In this document: piece by piece, positions 25,451-33,678 of the stretch | Layout of the letters: each line of letters opens with the position of its first letter | Numbering within the stretch: the first letter of the stretch is position 1 | IMG/VR virus record: IMGVR_UViG_3300020045_004025 | Location: 1 to 38,632 of that record | DNA from: a virus | Taxonomy: Duplodnaviria; Caudoviricetes | DNA: 38,632 nucleotides | Direction: 5' to 3' (one strand) | Translations under genes and position numbers: made by a program | The notes under the pieces: model-generated | The model's input: only the letters and a program-made list of their open reading frames with translations | The model's database searches: none | Told to the model about the DNA's origin: nothing

Positions 25451-25670
25451 TATACCATTACACTATAATAACGGAAAAGAATATGATTTAATTGATGTAG
25501 GAATTGATTATCAATTAAATTTTTTTAGGTTTAATGTTTTAAAATATATCTGTCGAGCTGGTAAAAAACAAAATGAACTGCAAGACCTTGAAAAAGCGTT
25601 AGACTATATTCAAAGAGAAATTGAATTTATACGAAAAGAAGAACTTAAAAAAATACAAGATGAGTCCTAA
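25443..25670 (+). CDS. DUF3310-family protein (T7 gp1.7-like nucleotide kinase domain)
   Basis: PLHY...NVLKYICRAGKK...DLEKALDYI. Confidence 0.85.
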   Translation: MSNIPLHYNNGKEYDLIDVGIDYQLNFFRFNVLKYICRAGKKQNELQDLEKALDYIQREIEFIRKEELKKIQDES

Positions 25671-25791
25671 ACAAAGAATATTAATAGTAATGAATTATTA
25701 TTACAGACGAGGTTATAATTCTGAAAGAGTAAATAAAGTGTATTTTAAAATAATTAAGAACAATTCTAAACTACACCCACCTATTGCGTAA
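25660..25791 (+). CDS. Hypothetical protein (43 aa)
   Basis: Hand-translated MSPKQRILIVMNYYYRRGYNSERVN... Confidence 0.6.
   Translation: MSPKQRILIVMNYYYRRGYNSERVNKVYFKIIKNNSKLHPPIA
25753..25771. promoter_or_regulatory. 19-bp palindromic operator ATTAAGAACAATTCTAAAC
   Basis: Starts 54 bp upstream of the -7 element at 25807. Confidence 0.6.
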
Positions 25792-25814
25792 AACAAAGCA
25801 ATAGATTAAATTTG
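25784..25814 (+). promoter_or_regulatory. Promoter TTG ... TAAATTTG
   Basis: -33 TTG at 25784 and -7 at 25807-25814. Confidence 0.7.
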
Positions 25815-25837
25815 ATAAACTTTAAAAAATAGAAATT

Positions 25838-26092
25838 ATGTTAGTAGAAATAAACTTTAAAACAGATGCTCCAAAATCTGAAATAATTAATTTAAAAGAT
25901 TATGGGTTTGATACTGAAACAAAATGGGACGACTTAACAGATGAAGAACGAAATGAAATCACTGATAGTTTATCTGAAAAATATTGCGTTTATTGTGGCG
26001 GAACAGAATTAAGTTATGAAAATAACTTATCAATTTATAATGATGAATTTGACGATGAAGAAATTAAACTAATAGAAAAATTAAAAAACTAA
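25838..26092 (+). CDS. Acidic hypothetical protein
   Basis: 84 aa, strongly acidic; first gene after the promoter. Confidence 0.75.
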   Translation: MLVEINFKTDAPKSEIINLKDYGFDTETKWDDLTDEERNEITDSLSEKYCVYCGGTELSYENNLSIYNDEFDDEEIKLIEKLKN

Positions 26093-26096
26093 CCAT

Positions 26097-26267
26097 ATGC
26101 AACAATCATATTTAGACTTCTGTAACGAAGTAAGTGGATATACATTCCACAACAAAAGAACTAAACAACAAGTGTATCGATTTCAAATGTATTGGAATGG
26201 TTTAACTCCTTATCAATGCTTTCAGAATTATGATACTAAAGTAATTGTAAAACAACATAACGTATGA
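26097..26267 (+). CDS. Hypothetical protein (56 aa)
   Basis: Hand-translated MQQSYLDFCNEV...; ATGA overlap. Confidence 0.6.
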   Translation: MQQSYLDFCNEVSGYTFHNKRTKQQVYRFQMYWNGLTPYQCFQNYDTKVIVKQHNV

Positions 26268-26488
26268 GTTCAAAAGAATATTTCTTAAAGTTATCGGAGC
26301 AGATTTACAACGATTTGCCCGATAACGAAAAACTTTATCTTAATCATTTAGGATTAGAAGTTAGACAATTACCAAGTAATGAAGATTTACAAAACGATGA
26401 CAATTATAAAAAAATTAGAAAACATCGTATTGATGCTTGGAATGAAGAACAAGAATATCTTTTCCAAAAGAGAATAAATAATAAATAA
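26264..26488 (+). CDS. Hypothetical protein
   Basis: 74 aa ORF. Confidence 0.75.
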   Translation: MSSKEYFLKLSEQIYNDLPDNEKLYLNHLGLEVRQLPSNEDLQNDDNYKKIRKHRIDAWNEEQEYLFQKRINNK

Positions 26489-26530
26489 TTACTATATTTA
26501 CAAATCTTAAATAATTAAATATCTTATCTT

Positions 26531-27025
26531 ATGAAACAAATTGCAACCGCTTTATTAAAAGCACAATCTGAAATGAGCAACCCGAAAAAAGGTGCTACAA
26601 ATCCATTTTTTAAGTCTAAATACGCAGATTTAAACGCAATTAGAGAGGCTGTTATTCCAATACTTAACGCAAACGGAATAAGTGTATTACAACCAATTGT
26701 ACACGTCGAAAACAAAAACTTTGTTAAAACTATTTTACTTCACGAAAGTGGCGAATTAATGGAATCTTTAACCGAAATTATTTATAACAAATTTAATGAT
26801 GCACAAGCGCAAGGAAGCGGAATAAGCTATGCACGTCGTTATTCTTTACAATCATTCGTTTGTGTTGGCGCAGACGACGACGACGGACAAAAAGCAGTAC
26901 AACCTAAGCCAAAAGCAACAACTGATATTTTGAAAAAAGCTAAAGATGGCAATTTTACTATTGACCAAGTTAAGGCAAAATACGAAGTTACAAAAGAACA
27001 AGAAAACGAATTTATTAATCTTTAA
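26531..27025 (+). CDS. erf: ERF-family ssDNA annealing recombinase
   Basis: NPFFKSKYADL, HESGE, QAQGSGISYARRYSL and DDDG. Confidence 0.92.
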   Translation: MKQIATALLKAQSEMSNPKKGATNPFFKSKYADLNAIREAVIPILNANGISVLQPIVHVENKNFVKTILLHESGELMESLTEIIYNKFNDAQAQGSGISYARRYSLQSFVCVGADDDDGQKAVQPKPKATTDILKKAKDGNFTIDQVKAKYEVTKEQENEFINL

Positions 27026-27037
27026 ATTATAATTAAA

Positions 27038-27331
27038 ATGTCAGAAAAAAAATCTTATTACGGAAGCATTGATTTTAGTAAATTATTAGAACAAGCTAAA
27101 TCAGGAAACAAAGCGTTTACAAAAAATGAAAATGGTAAAATTTATTTAAACGTTAAAGTTTGGGTAAATGATGAACTTGATAAATTTGGTAATTGTGCAA
27201 GTTTTCAATCAAGTTTTAAAGGAGCAACAAAAGAAGAAAAGTTTTACTTTGGTAACTTAAAAGAAAGTACACCAGTTGAAGATAAAGTAGATGCTTCAGA
27301 TATACCAAGTGAAGATGATTTTTTGCTTTAA
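27038..27331 (+). CDS. Putative single-stranded DNA-binding protein
   Basis: GKIYLNVKVW..D.FGN with an acidic tail ending EDDFLL; follows ERF. Confidence 0.7.
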   Translation: MSEKKSYYGSIDFSKLLEQAKSGNKAFTKNENGKIYLNVKVWVNDELDKFGNCASFQSSFKGATKEEKFYFGNLKESTPVEDKVDASDIPSEDDFLL

Positions 27332-27410
27332 AACAAGAACAAATGCTACAACTTCTAATAAAAACCTTTGAACTTTATTAAAAAAAGTTTGGTATATTGG
27401 AATAATTGAT

Positions 27411-27418
27411 TAACTTTG
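27411..27418 (+). promoter_or_regulatory. -7 promoter element TAACTTTG for the replication operon
   Basis: Consensus match, with TTTG at 27388-27391. Confidence 0.7.
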
Positions 27419-27420
27419 CT

Positions 27421-27516
27421 TACTCACTACATTAACAAAAGCATTATATTAATCCGATAATGAAACCGAAGTAGTGAGCGGTGGATTTATCGGATTAACT
27501 TTTTTTACTCACTATG
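27421..27516 (+). promoter_or_regulatory. Structured leader (pseudoknot/attenuator) of the initiator gene
   Basis: 12-bp stem TTAATCCGATAA/TTATCGGATTAA with a U-tract; loop GTAGTGAG is complementary to CTCACTAC (27423) and CTCACTAT (27508). Confidence 0.65.
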
Positions 27517-28200
27517 GACTACTTCAAATTAACTCGTGCTTTTTGGGATTTTGCTTTTGAAAATCCTGAAAAAATTAAACCAAATCATTGCGCTTTATAT
27601 CTTTTTATTGTTGAGCATTGTAATCGTTTAGGTTGGAAACATAAATTTGGTTTACCTACAACAATGGCAAAAGATGCTATTGGAATAAGAAGTTATAATA
27701 CTTATATAACTACTCTTAATGATTTAGTTGAATTTGAACTTATTGAGTTAATAGAAAAATCAAAAAATCAATACTCAAGTAATATAGTTGCTATATCAAA
27801 TTTTAATAAAGCACTTGATAAAGCACTTGATAAAGCATTGATAAAGCATAGTACAAAGCAAAGTGAAAGCACTATACAAAGCATTGATAGTATAGATAAA
27901 CAAGATACAATTATACCAATAAACAATATTACAAATAATGATTTATTTTATAATGATTTAATATTATCTGAAAGTTGGTTAGAAACTTGTGCAATGCAAA
28001 ACCAACCAAAATTTAATATTGAAGAAGTAAAAGAAAAACTTTTAATATTTAAAAATGACTTAAATCTAAGATTAGATATTAAACAACAAAAAAAAGAATT
28101 TACAAGTCATTTTGTAAGATGGTTAAATCAACAATCTAAAAATAATAACTCAAAAAAATACAATATAGATGAACTGCGAAAACAATTCCCCGACCTTTAA
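27514..28200 (+). CDS. Replication initiator (lambda O-like/DnaD-like)
   Basis: N-terminal winged-helix pattern, central low-complexity linker carrying DNA repeats, and C-terminal HFVRWL. Confidence 0.8.
   Translation: MDYFKLTRAFWDFAFENPEKIKPNHCALYLFIVEHCNRLGWKHKFGLPTTMAKDAIGIRSYNTYITTLNDLVEFELIELIEKSKNQYSSNIVAISNFNKALDKALDKALIKHSTKQSESTIQSIDSIDKQDTIIPINNITNNDLFYNDLILSESWLETCAMQNQPKFNIEEVKEKLLIFKNDLNLRLDIKQQKKEFTSHFVRWLNQQSKNNNSKKYNIDELRKQFPDL
27806..27887 (+). repeat. Iteron-like array, candidate replication origin
   Basis: Seven AAAGCA cores at an 11-12 bp period (ATAAAGCACTTG x2 exact), followed by AT-rich DNA, inside the initiator gene. Confidence 0.75.
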
Positions 28201-28432
28201 ATTAAAAACAATGCTTTTAATAGCTTCTGAAAGATTAGATAGCGAAATTCCAAATGTAGATAAAATGTTTGAGGATATTAAAAACGAATTTGGTCAAAGA
28301 AAAATACAAGATGTTATTGAAGCTATTAGACTTGGTTCGCTTGGTAAATATGGTGTGAACTATAAACTAACAATACAAGTAGTTTGTTATTGGATAAGAT
28401 GTTATACAGAACCTAAAATAGATAAACTATGA
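28169..28432 (+). CDS. Hypothetical protein (possible helicase-loader-like)
   Basis: 87 aa ORF following the initiator; start uncertain. Confidence 0.6.
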   Translation: MNCENNSPTFKLKTMLLIASERLDSEIPNVDKMFEDIKNEFGQRKIQDVIEAIRLGSLGKYGVNYKLTIQVVCYWIRCYTEPKIDKL

Positions 28433-28866
28433 TTTTAAAAGATGCTATTAAAAGACTATCATACACAATAAGCAAACAGAATAAACCAAATTCAACTGAT
28501 GCTGATGCTTTAAATTCAATTATTGAGTTTATGAACTTATCAAATAAGCAAGTTATAAAAGATAATGAACTACTTGCAAAAATGTATTGCTTTGTTTTAA
28601 AAGACTTTTTATTCTATTACAAAAACGTAAACTTTGCATCAAAGCAAATAAACAAAGATATACTTTCAAAACCTTTACAATATCATTTAGAGTGCTTAAA
28701 AATAAATTTAGACACAAACGAGTTAACTAACTTTTTAGAAGAAAACAAAGACAAAATAAACATCGATGCTTTTAAAGAATCTGCTGAAACTTGGGATATT
28801 GATAACGTAATTGCAAACTTTGAATTTAATTTTAACTTAGCTTTAAATACTTATAAAAATGTTTGA
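28429..28866 (+). CDS. Hypothetical protein
   Basis: 145 aa, translationally coupled. Confidence 0.75.
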   Translation: MILKDAIKRLSYTISKQNKPNSTDADALNSIIEFMNLSNKQVIKDNELLAKMYCFVLKDFLFYYKNVNFASKQINKDILSKPLQYHLECLKINLDTNELTNFLEENKDKINIDAFKESAETWDIDNVIANFEFNFNLALNTYKNV

Positions 28867-29725
28867 AAAAATTATAATACCCGAAGCTAAAGAAATTATC
28901 ACAAATGAAATTGATTTTAAAAAGATATTTCAAGAGTCTTTAATTGACCCGAGTGAAGAAATAAAACAACAACCAATAGCTATTTCAATTCGTGAAAGTG
29001 AATACAAAGGTAATTTATATCCAATTCCATTTGGAAGTTATGGAGATTTTAGTTGTATTGTTGGAGCTTCAAAAAGTAGAAAAACATTTTTTAAATCTAT
29101 GATTGAAGCTGGTTATATCGGTGGCAAAGCAAACATATTAAATCCATCGATTAAAGGTCACGAAACAAAAGATAAATTTGTAATATCATTTGATACGGAA
29201 CAAAGTAGCTTCCATACTCAAAGAGTTCAAAGGCGTGTTTTAGAAATGATAGGAGGTCAATGTGATTACTATAAAACATTTTGTTTAAGACAATACACAC
29301 CGAAAGAACGCTTCGACTTTATAGATTGGATTGTTTACGAAAGCGAATTTAAGGATAAAATAGGTTTAATGTCAATTGATGGTTTTGTAGATTTGGTTAC
29401 AGACTTCAATAGTTTAGAGCAATCAACTGGTTTAACTGAAAAGCTACTACAATGGACTGCAATAGGTAAAATGCATTGCACTGGAATATTACATAAAAAC
29501 TTCGGAACTTCAAAGCCAGTAGGACACGTTGGAAGTAGTGTTTTAAAGAAAGCTGAAACCGTTGTTTTTGTAGAAAAAAACGATAATATAACAATAGCAA
29601 AATGTGAGTATAGTAGAAACATACCTTTTGAACCTATTAACTTTGATGTAAATAAAGATTGGTTACCTTACGAAACTGATAACGATTTTAGTATTAAAGA
29701 TGAAACTTGGTTAAATAACAAATAA
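28859..29725 (+). CDS. RecA-like AAA ATPase (AAA_25-type, putative helicase)
   Basis: Variant Walker A GASKSRKT, FDTEQ, Walker B MSIDG, ILH and GHVGS..KKAET. Confidence 0.8.
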   Translation: MFEKIIIPEAKEIITNEIDFKKIFQESLIDPSEEIKQQPIAISIRESEYKGNLYPIPFGSYGDFSCIVGASKSRKTFFKSMIEAGYIGGKANILNPSIKGHETKDKFVISFDTEQSSFHTQRVQRRVLEMIGGQCDYYKTFCLRQYTPKERFDFIDWIVYESEFKDKIGLMSIDGFVDLVTDFNSLEQSTGLTEKLLQWTAIGKMHCTGILHKNFGTSKPVGHVGSSVLKKAETVVFVEKNDNITIAKCEYSRNIPFEPINFDVNKDWLPYETDNDFSIKDETWLNNK

Positions 29726-29759
29726 ATTAAAAATTATGAATTTAATAAAAATAAATTTG

Positions 29760-29850
29760 TATATTTGTTTATCGGAGTGGACGCCGAATTAAAAACATTA
29801 TAAAATTCCAACGCAGATAAAGACGTCCACCTTTTGAAGCGTTGGTTTTT
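29760..29850 (+). promoter_or_regulatory. Promoter TATATTTG plus kissing-loop leader of the NUMOD4-HNH gene
   Basis: Hairpin TCGG-AGTGGACG-CCGA; hairpin CCAACGC..CGTCCAC..GCGTTGG with a U-tract; the loops are complementary over 7 bp. Confidence 0.65.
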
Positions 29851-29856
29851 ACATTT

Positions 29857-30393
29857 ATGGAAATATGGAAAACAATTAAGGGATTTGAAAATTATCAAAT
29901 TAGCAATTATGGTAGTGTTAAAAGTTTAATTAGGGTTAATAGCATTAATACAAGGTATAAATCAAGAGAAAAAATATTAAAAGGTAAGATTAATAAATAT
30001 GGTTATAAAGAATATACTTTATCTAAAAATGGTAAAAGCTATTATTTTACAGCTCATAAATTAGTAGCTTTAGAATATATGAATTATAAACCAAATCCTT
30101 ATAAAATATGTATTGACCATATTAATGAAAATAAAATTGATAATAGATTAGAAAATTTACAAATATTATCAGTTAGACAAAATACATCTAAATCATTTTT
30201 AATAAAAAATAAAACATCTAAATACACTGGAGTTTCTTATTATAAAAGAGATAATAAGTGGGCGGCGAGAATATATAAAAATAAAAAATATATTCATTTA
30301 GGGTATTTTAATACAGAAATTGAAGCATCATACGTATATCAAAATAAATTAAAAGAAATATTAAATGAAGATTTTAGTAGTCAAAAACCATAG
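29857..30393 (+). CDS. NUMOD4-HNH-AP2 homing endonuclease
   Basis: MEIWKTIKGFENYQISNYGSVKS (NUMOD4), IDHINENKIDNRLENL (HNH), SKYTGVS..KWAARI..HLGYFNTEIEA (AP2). Confidence 0.92.
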   Translation: MEIWKTIKGFENYQISNYGSVKSLIRVNSINTRYKSREKILKGKINKYGYKEYTLSKNGKSYYFTAHKLVALEYMNYKPNPYKICIDHINENKIDNRLENLQILSVRQNTSKSFLIKNKTSKYTGVSYYKRDNKWAARIYKNKKYIHLGYFNTEIEASYVYQNKLKEILNEDFSSQKP

Positions 30394-30778
30394 AGGACTT
30401 GTTCCAGTTTACGAAAGTGATTATGAAAACTTCGCTAAAATTCCATTAAATGAGGAGTTTGAAATTGAGTACACAAAAAAGCGTAATTTAAAGTTTCATA
30501 AAAAATATTGGGCTTTATTAAAATTAGCTTTTGAAAACCAACAAGATTACAGAAGTATAAATGATATGCGTAGAGATATTGCAATAGTAAGCGGATTTTA
30601 TGATGAGGTTGTAAATCTAATTACTGGAGAAATACTAAAAATTGCTAAATCAATTTCATTTTCAAAAATGGATGAGACAGAATTTAGCGAGTTATACGAA
30701 AAAACAAAAGATACTATTTCTAAATGGTTGGGAATATCGGATGAAAATATAGAAAATGAAATAATGCAATACTTTTAA
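30365..30778 (+). CDS. DUF1367-family (NinB-like) protein
   Basis: RNLKFHKKYWALL and KSISFSKMDETEFSELY. Confidence 0.8.
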   Translation: MKILVVKNHRGLVPVYESDYENFAKIPLNEEFEIEYTKKRNLKFHKKYWALLKLAFENQQDYRSINDMRRDIAIVSGFYDEVVNLITGEILKIAKSISFSKMDETEFSELYEKTKDTISKWLGISDENIENEIMQYF

Positions 30779-30780
30779 AA

Positions 30781-30943
30781 GTTAGGAAAATTTTACTAAC
30801 TTTATATATTTAAAAGCTATTTTAATTGAATAATTTAGGAAAATTTTCCTAACAAGACTTAAAGATAAAAACATTGTATTGATACATTTTTTATATGTCA
30901 AACTCAATAAAATAAACAAAAAAGCTAATTGTATTGATACAAT
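30781..30943. repeat. Two pairs of palindromic repeats
   Basis: TTAGGAAAATTTT(A/C)CTAA at 30782 and 30835; ATTGTATTGATACA at 30873 and 30928. Confidence 0.85.
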
Positions 30944-30987
30944 ATTTTAGCAAAATTATATACAATAAACATTAAAAATTATATATT

Positions 30988-31269
30988 ATGTCATTATTGA
31001 AATCAGAAAAACAAGTATTAATAGTAAATGAATTTACAAAACTTAAATTCGTATTTACTGAACAAAATGGAGAACCAATAGAAAGTTATGAAAGATACGG
31101 AATGGACCACGTACAAAATTTAATTAACCTTTTAGCAGGAATGATTAAAAATAAAATATATCCTATTAAAGGCGATATATTAGATGAGGGTACTTGTAGA
31201 ATGGAAGTATTAAACAGATATTTTGAAATGAAAAACGATATTTTATGGATAATTTATGATATTTGCTAA
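30988..31269 (+). CDS. Hypothetical protein
   Basis: 93 aa ORF between DUF1367 and NinG. Confidence 0.7.
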   Translation: MSLLKSEKQVLIVNEFTKLKFVFTEQNGEPIESYERYGMDHVQNLINLLAGMIKNKIYPIKGDILDEGTCRMEVLNRYFEMKNDILWIIYDIC

Positions 31270-31898
31270 TGCCTAAATGTCAATACCATAAAACAAAATT
31301 CGAAGCTAAATACTTTAATCAAAAGTTTTGCTTATCAGATGACGAATGTATAAAAGCATTTAACGAAAGTGTTAAAATTGCAATTGAAAAGCAAAAAGCA
31401 AAGCAATGGCAAAAAGAAAAAAAAGAGATTAAAGAAAAGTTAATGACTAAAAGCGATTATGAAAAGTTACTGCAGAAAGAAATTAATACAATAGTTCGAT
31501 TAATTGATAAAGACTTTATTTGTATTTCTACTGGAAAACCATTAAACGACAAATTCGATGCTGGTCACTTTTATTCGGTAGGTAGCAATCCATCGTTAAG
31601 ATTTAATTTACTAAATATTTATGCTCAATCGGTTTATGCAAATCAATATCTTTCAGGCGACCAAATAAATTTTATAAATGGTATTGAAGAAAATTACGGA
31701 AGCGGTCTTAAATCGATTGTTTTACGCCTTAAAAAAGATTATCCAATATTAAAACTAACTCAAGAAGAACTAAAAGAAAAAATTACAATAGCAAGGTCAA
31801 TAGTTAAACACTTGAAACTTGAAAATAAAACTTATAATTCAGTTCAAAGAATAGAGTTAAGAAGAAAGTTTAATAAAATGATTGGAATTTATGAGTAA
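31269..31898 (+). CDS. ninG: NinG/Rap-family recombination endonuclease
   Basis: IVRLID...CISTG...DAGHFYSVG..LRFNLLNIYAQ...NQYLSG; ATG at 31269. Confidence 0.88.
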   Translation: MPKCQYHKTKFEAKYFNQKFCLSDDECIKAFNESVKIAIEKQKAKQWQKEKKEIKEKLMTKSDYEKLLQKEINTIVRLIDKDFICISTGKPLNDKFDAGHFYSVGSNPSLRFNLLNIYAQSVYANQYLSGDQINFINGIEENYGSGLKSIVLRLKKDYPILKLTQEELKEKITIARSIVKHLKLENKTYNSVQRIELRRKFNKMIGIYE

Positions 31899-32049
31899 AA
31901 AACAACCACCAAAACCCACAATAGAACAAAAAATAAAAGACTTAAATTATCTTTTGGTAAACGATAGATATAATCCAAAAGTTAAGGAGTTGCAGAGGGA
32001 AATACTATACTTTTTTATGGCGTTGTTATTTAAAACAATTATAAATTAG
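31891..32049 (+). CDS. Hypothetical protein (52 aa)
   Basis: Hand-translated MSKKQPPKPTIEQKI... Confidence 0.5.
   Translation: MSKKQPPKPTIEQKIKDLNYLLVNDRYNPKVKELQREILYFFMALLFKTIIN
32028..32046. promoter_or_regulatory. 19-bp palindromic operator ATTTAAAACAATTATAAAT
   Basis: Starts 53 bp upstream of the near-consensus -7 TATCTTTA at 32081. Confidence 0.6.
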
Positions 32050-32057
32050 CTTAAAAG

Positions 32058-32088
32058 TTTGGTAGTATTAAAAATATTACTATCTTTA
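32058..32088 (+). promoter_or_regulatory. Promoter TTTG-19 bp-TATCTTTA
   Basis: Near-consensus -33 and -7 elements at canonical spacing. Confidence 0.6.
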
Positions 32089-32115
32089 CGTCATAATAAT
32101 AAACAAATAGGAATT

Positions 32116-32484
32116 ATGAAAGCAAATTTTAATGATTTAAAAGGTAAAATACTAAAATCTATTGATGTCAATAGTCAAAATGATGAAATAACATTTAAAA
32201 CAGAATGTGGTAAAACATATTTAATGTTTCATGAACAATATTGTTGTGAAGGCGTTAGTATTGATGATATAAATGGAGACTTAGAAGATTTAATAGGTAA
32301 TCCAATTTTATTAGCAGAAAAAAATTCCAGTTTAGAAAACCCAGCTGGGATTATAAAAGAATATCAAGATTCTTTTACTTGGACTTTTTATAAATTAGCC
32401 ACAATAAAAGGGTATTTAGATATTCGTTGGTATGGAGAGTCAAATGGATATTATTCCGAAGAAGTAGATTTTAAACAAATTTAA
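32116..32484 (+). CDS. Conserved phage protein (HxQxCCE ... SNGYYS family)
   Basis: HEQYCCE, GDLEDLIG, WTFYKLAT and WYGESNGYYSE; ATG at 32116. Confidence 0.8.
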   Translation: MKANFNDLKGKILKSIDVNSQNDEITFKTECGKTYLMFHEQYCCEGVSIDDINGDLEDLIGNPILLAEKNSSLENPAGIIKEYQDSFTWTFYKLATIKGYLDIRWYGESNGYYSEEVDFKQI

Positions 32485-32485
32485 T

Positions 32486-32677
32486 ATGATATACTCCCAA
32501 CTATTCAACCAAACACAACTAAATAACTACAAATTAGGTCAAATTTTAAACGTTTCTACTACACAAGTAATTCAGTATAGAAAATCAAAAAACATTAACT
32601 ACGAGCGTTTAATTGAGTTTATGCAAAAACTAAATATTAAAAAATTAGAATACGAACAAATAAAAATAGAGTTATGA
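32486..32677 (+). CDS. Small XRE/Cro-like HTH protein
   Basis: LNNYKLGQILNVSTTQVIQYRK fits an HTH pattern. Confidence 0.65.
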   Translation: MIYSQLFNQTQLNNYKLGQILNVSTTQVIQYRKSKNINYERLIEFMQKLNIKKLEYEQIKIEL

Positions 32678-32940
32678 GAAAGCAAGTAAAAGAAGAAGTA
32701 ATACATAAAAAAATGTTATTAGAATTAGGTTTTGAGCCTATATCTGAACACGAAACGGATGGATATACTCACAAAGATTTAAAAATGTACAAATTGAAAT
32801 TAATGGAGGGTAATACTTATGGATTTATATTTCAATTTTCATCAAAATTTACGAAAGAATTAAAAACAATTTGGGAAGTGTTAGACGAAAAAGATAGAAT
32901 AATTAATGAACCTATAATTCCTGCAAATCAACACGGATAA
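32674..32940 (+). CDS. Hypothetical protein flanked by 17-bp direct repeats
   Basis: 88 aa; TAAAAATAGAGTTATGA at 32661 and 32944. Confidence 0.75.
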   Translation: MRKQVKEEVIHKKMLLELGFEPISEHETDGYTHKDLKMYKLKLMEGNTYGFIFQFSSKFTKELKTIWEVLDEKDRIINEPIIPANQHG

Positions 32941-32956
32941 AACTAAAAATAGAGTT

Positions 32957-33427
32957 ATGAAGCTACAATCAATGACCGACTATGTGTTGGAACAACAAAA
33001 TGACTATTGGAATGGAATAGAGTTTGAATATGGAAATACTTGCATTAATAATATTATTAGTTATGCAAAATTTCTAAAGTTAAACTTAGAAAAGTGGATG
33101 TTTATTCCTTGTGATAGTGATGGAAATGTTTTGGAAGAACCGAAAACACCACATACTTTTGCAAGTGAAAACTCTGATTTGTATATTAATAAATGGCAAA
33201 AAGAATGTGAACAATACCAACAAGCAAAAGATAATGTAATTTTTGAGGGTTTTGAATTTAATTTTAAAACTAAAGATATTGTATCAATAATTAAAGAAGA
33301 TTATCAAATTTGGCTTTATAAAAATGGTTATGTAACTATAAATGCTAAAGAAATAAAAACAATAGAAGACCTTGTAAACTACGATTTAACCCTAACCGAT
33401 AACGCAATAAAAAAATATAAGTTATGA
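32957..33427 (+). CDS. Hypothetical protein
   Basis: 156 aa; WMFIPCDSDGNVLEEP..YQQAKDNVIFEGF. Confidence 0.8.
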   Translation: MKLQSMTDYVLEQQNDYWNGIEFEYGNTCINNIISYAKFLKLNLEKWMFIPCDSDGNVLEEPKTPHTFASENSDLYINKWQKECEQYQQAKDNVIFEGFEFNFKTKDIVSIIKEDYQIWLYKNGYVTINAKEIKTIEDLVNYDLTLTDNAIKKYKL

Positions 33428-33678
33428 GAAAAGAAGAAACGATTGAGGAAGTTGCCGAGAGATTTCAACAAAATTTTAAAACAACTTCTGAAAAACCATA
33501 TTCTTTAATTTTTAAACTAGGATATGAATACGCACAACAACAAAACAAGAATTTGTATAGTGAGGAGGAGGTTTTGAATGTTTTGAGAGATTTTTATAAA
33601 ACTTTTGACCCTATTAAAAATCCACCAATAACAAGCACAATTCCTTTGTGGTTTGAACAATTTAAAAAGAAACAATAA
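33424..33678 (+). CDS. Hypothetical protein
   Basis: ETIEEVAE...YSEEEV...WFEQFKKK modular motifs. Confidence 0.8.
   Translation: MRKEETIEEVAERFQQNFKTTSEKPYSLIFKLGYEYAQQQNKNLYSEEEVLNVLRDFYKTFDPIKNPPITSTIPLWFEQFKKKQ

Noticed and set aside
18440-30393. Group I introns or inteins hosting the three HNH genes
   Set aside because: There is no room for ribozyme cores, no Cys/His-Asn intein ends, and the flanks do not rejoin into a full-length gene.
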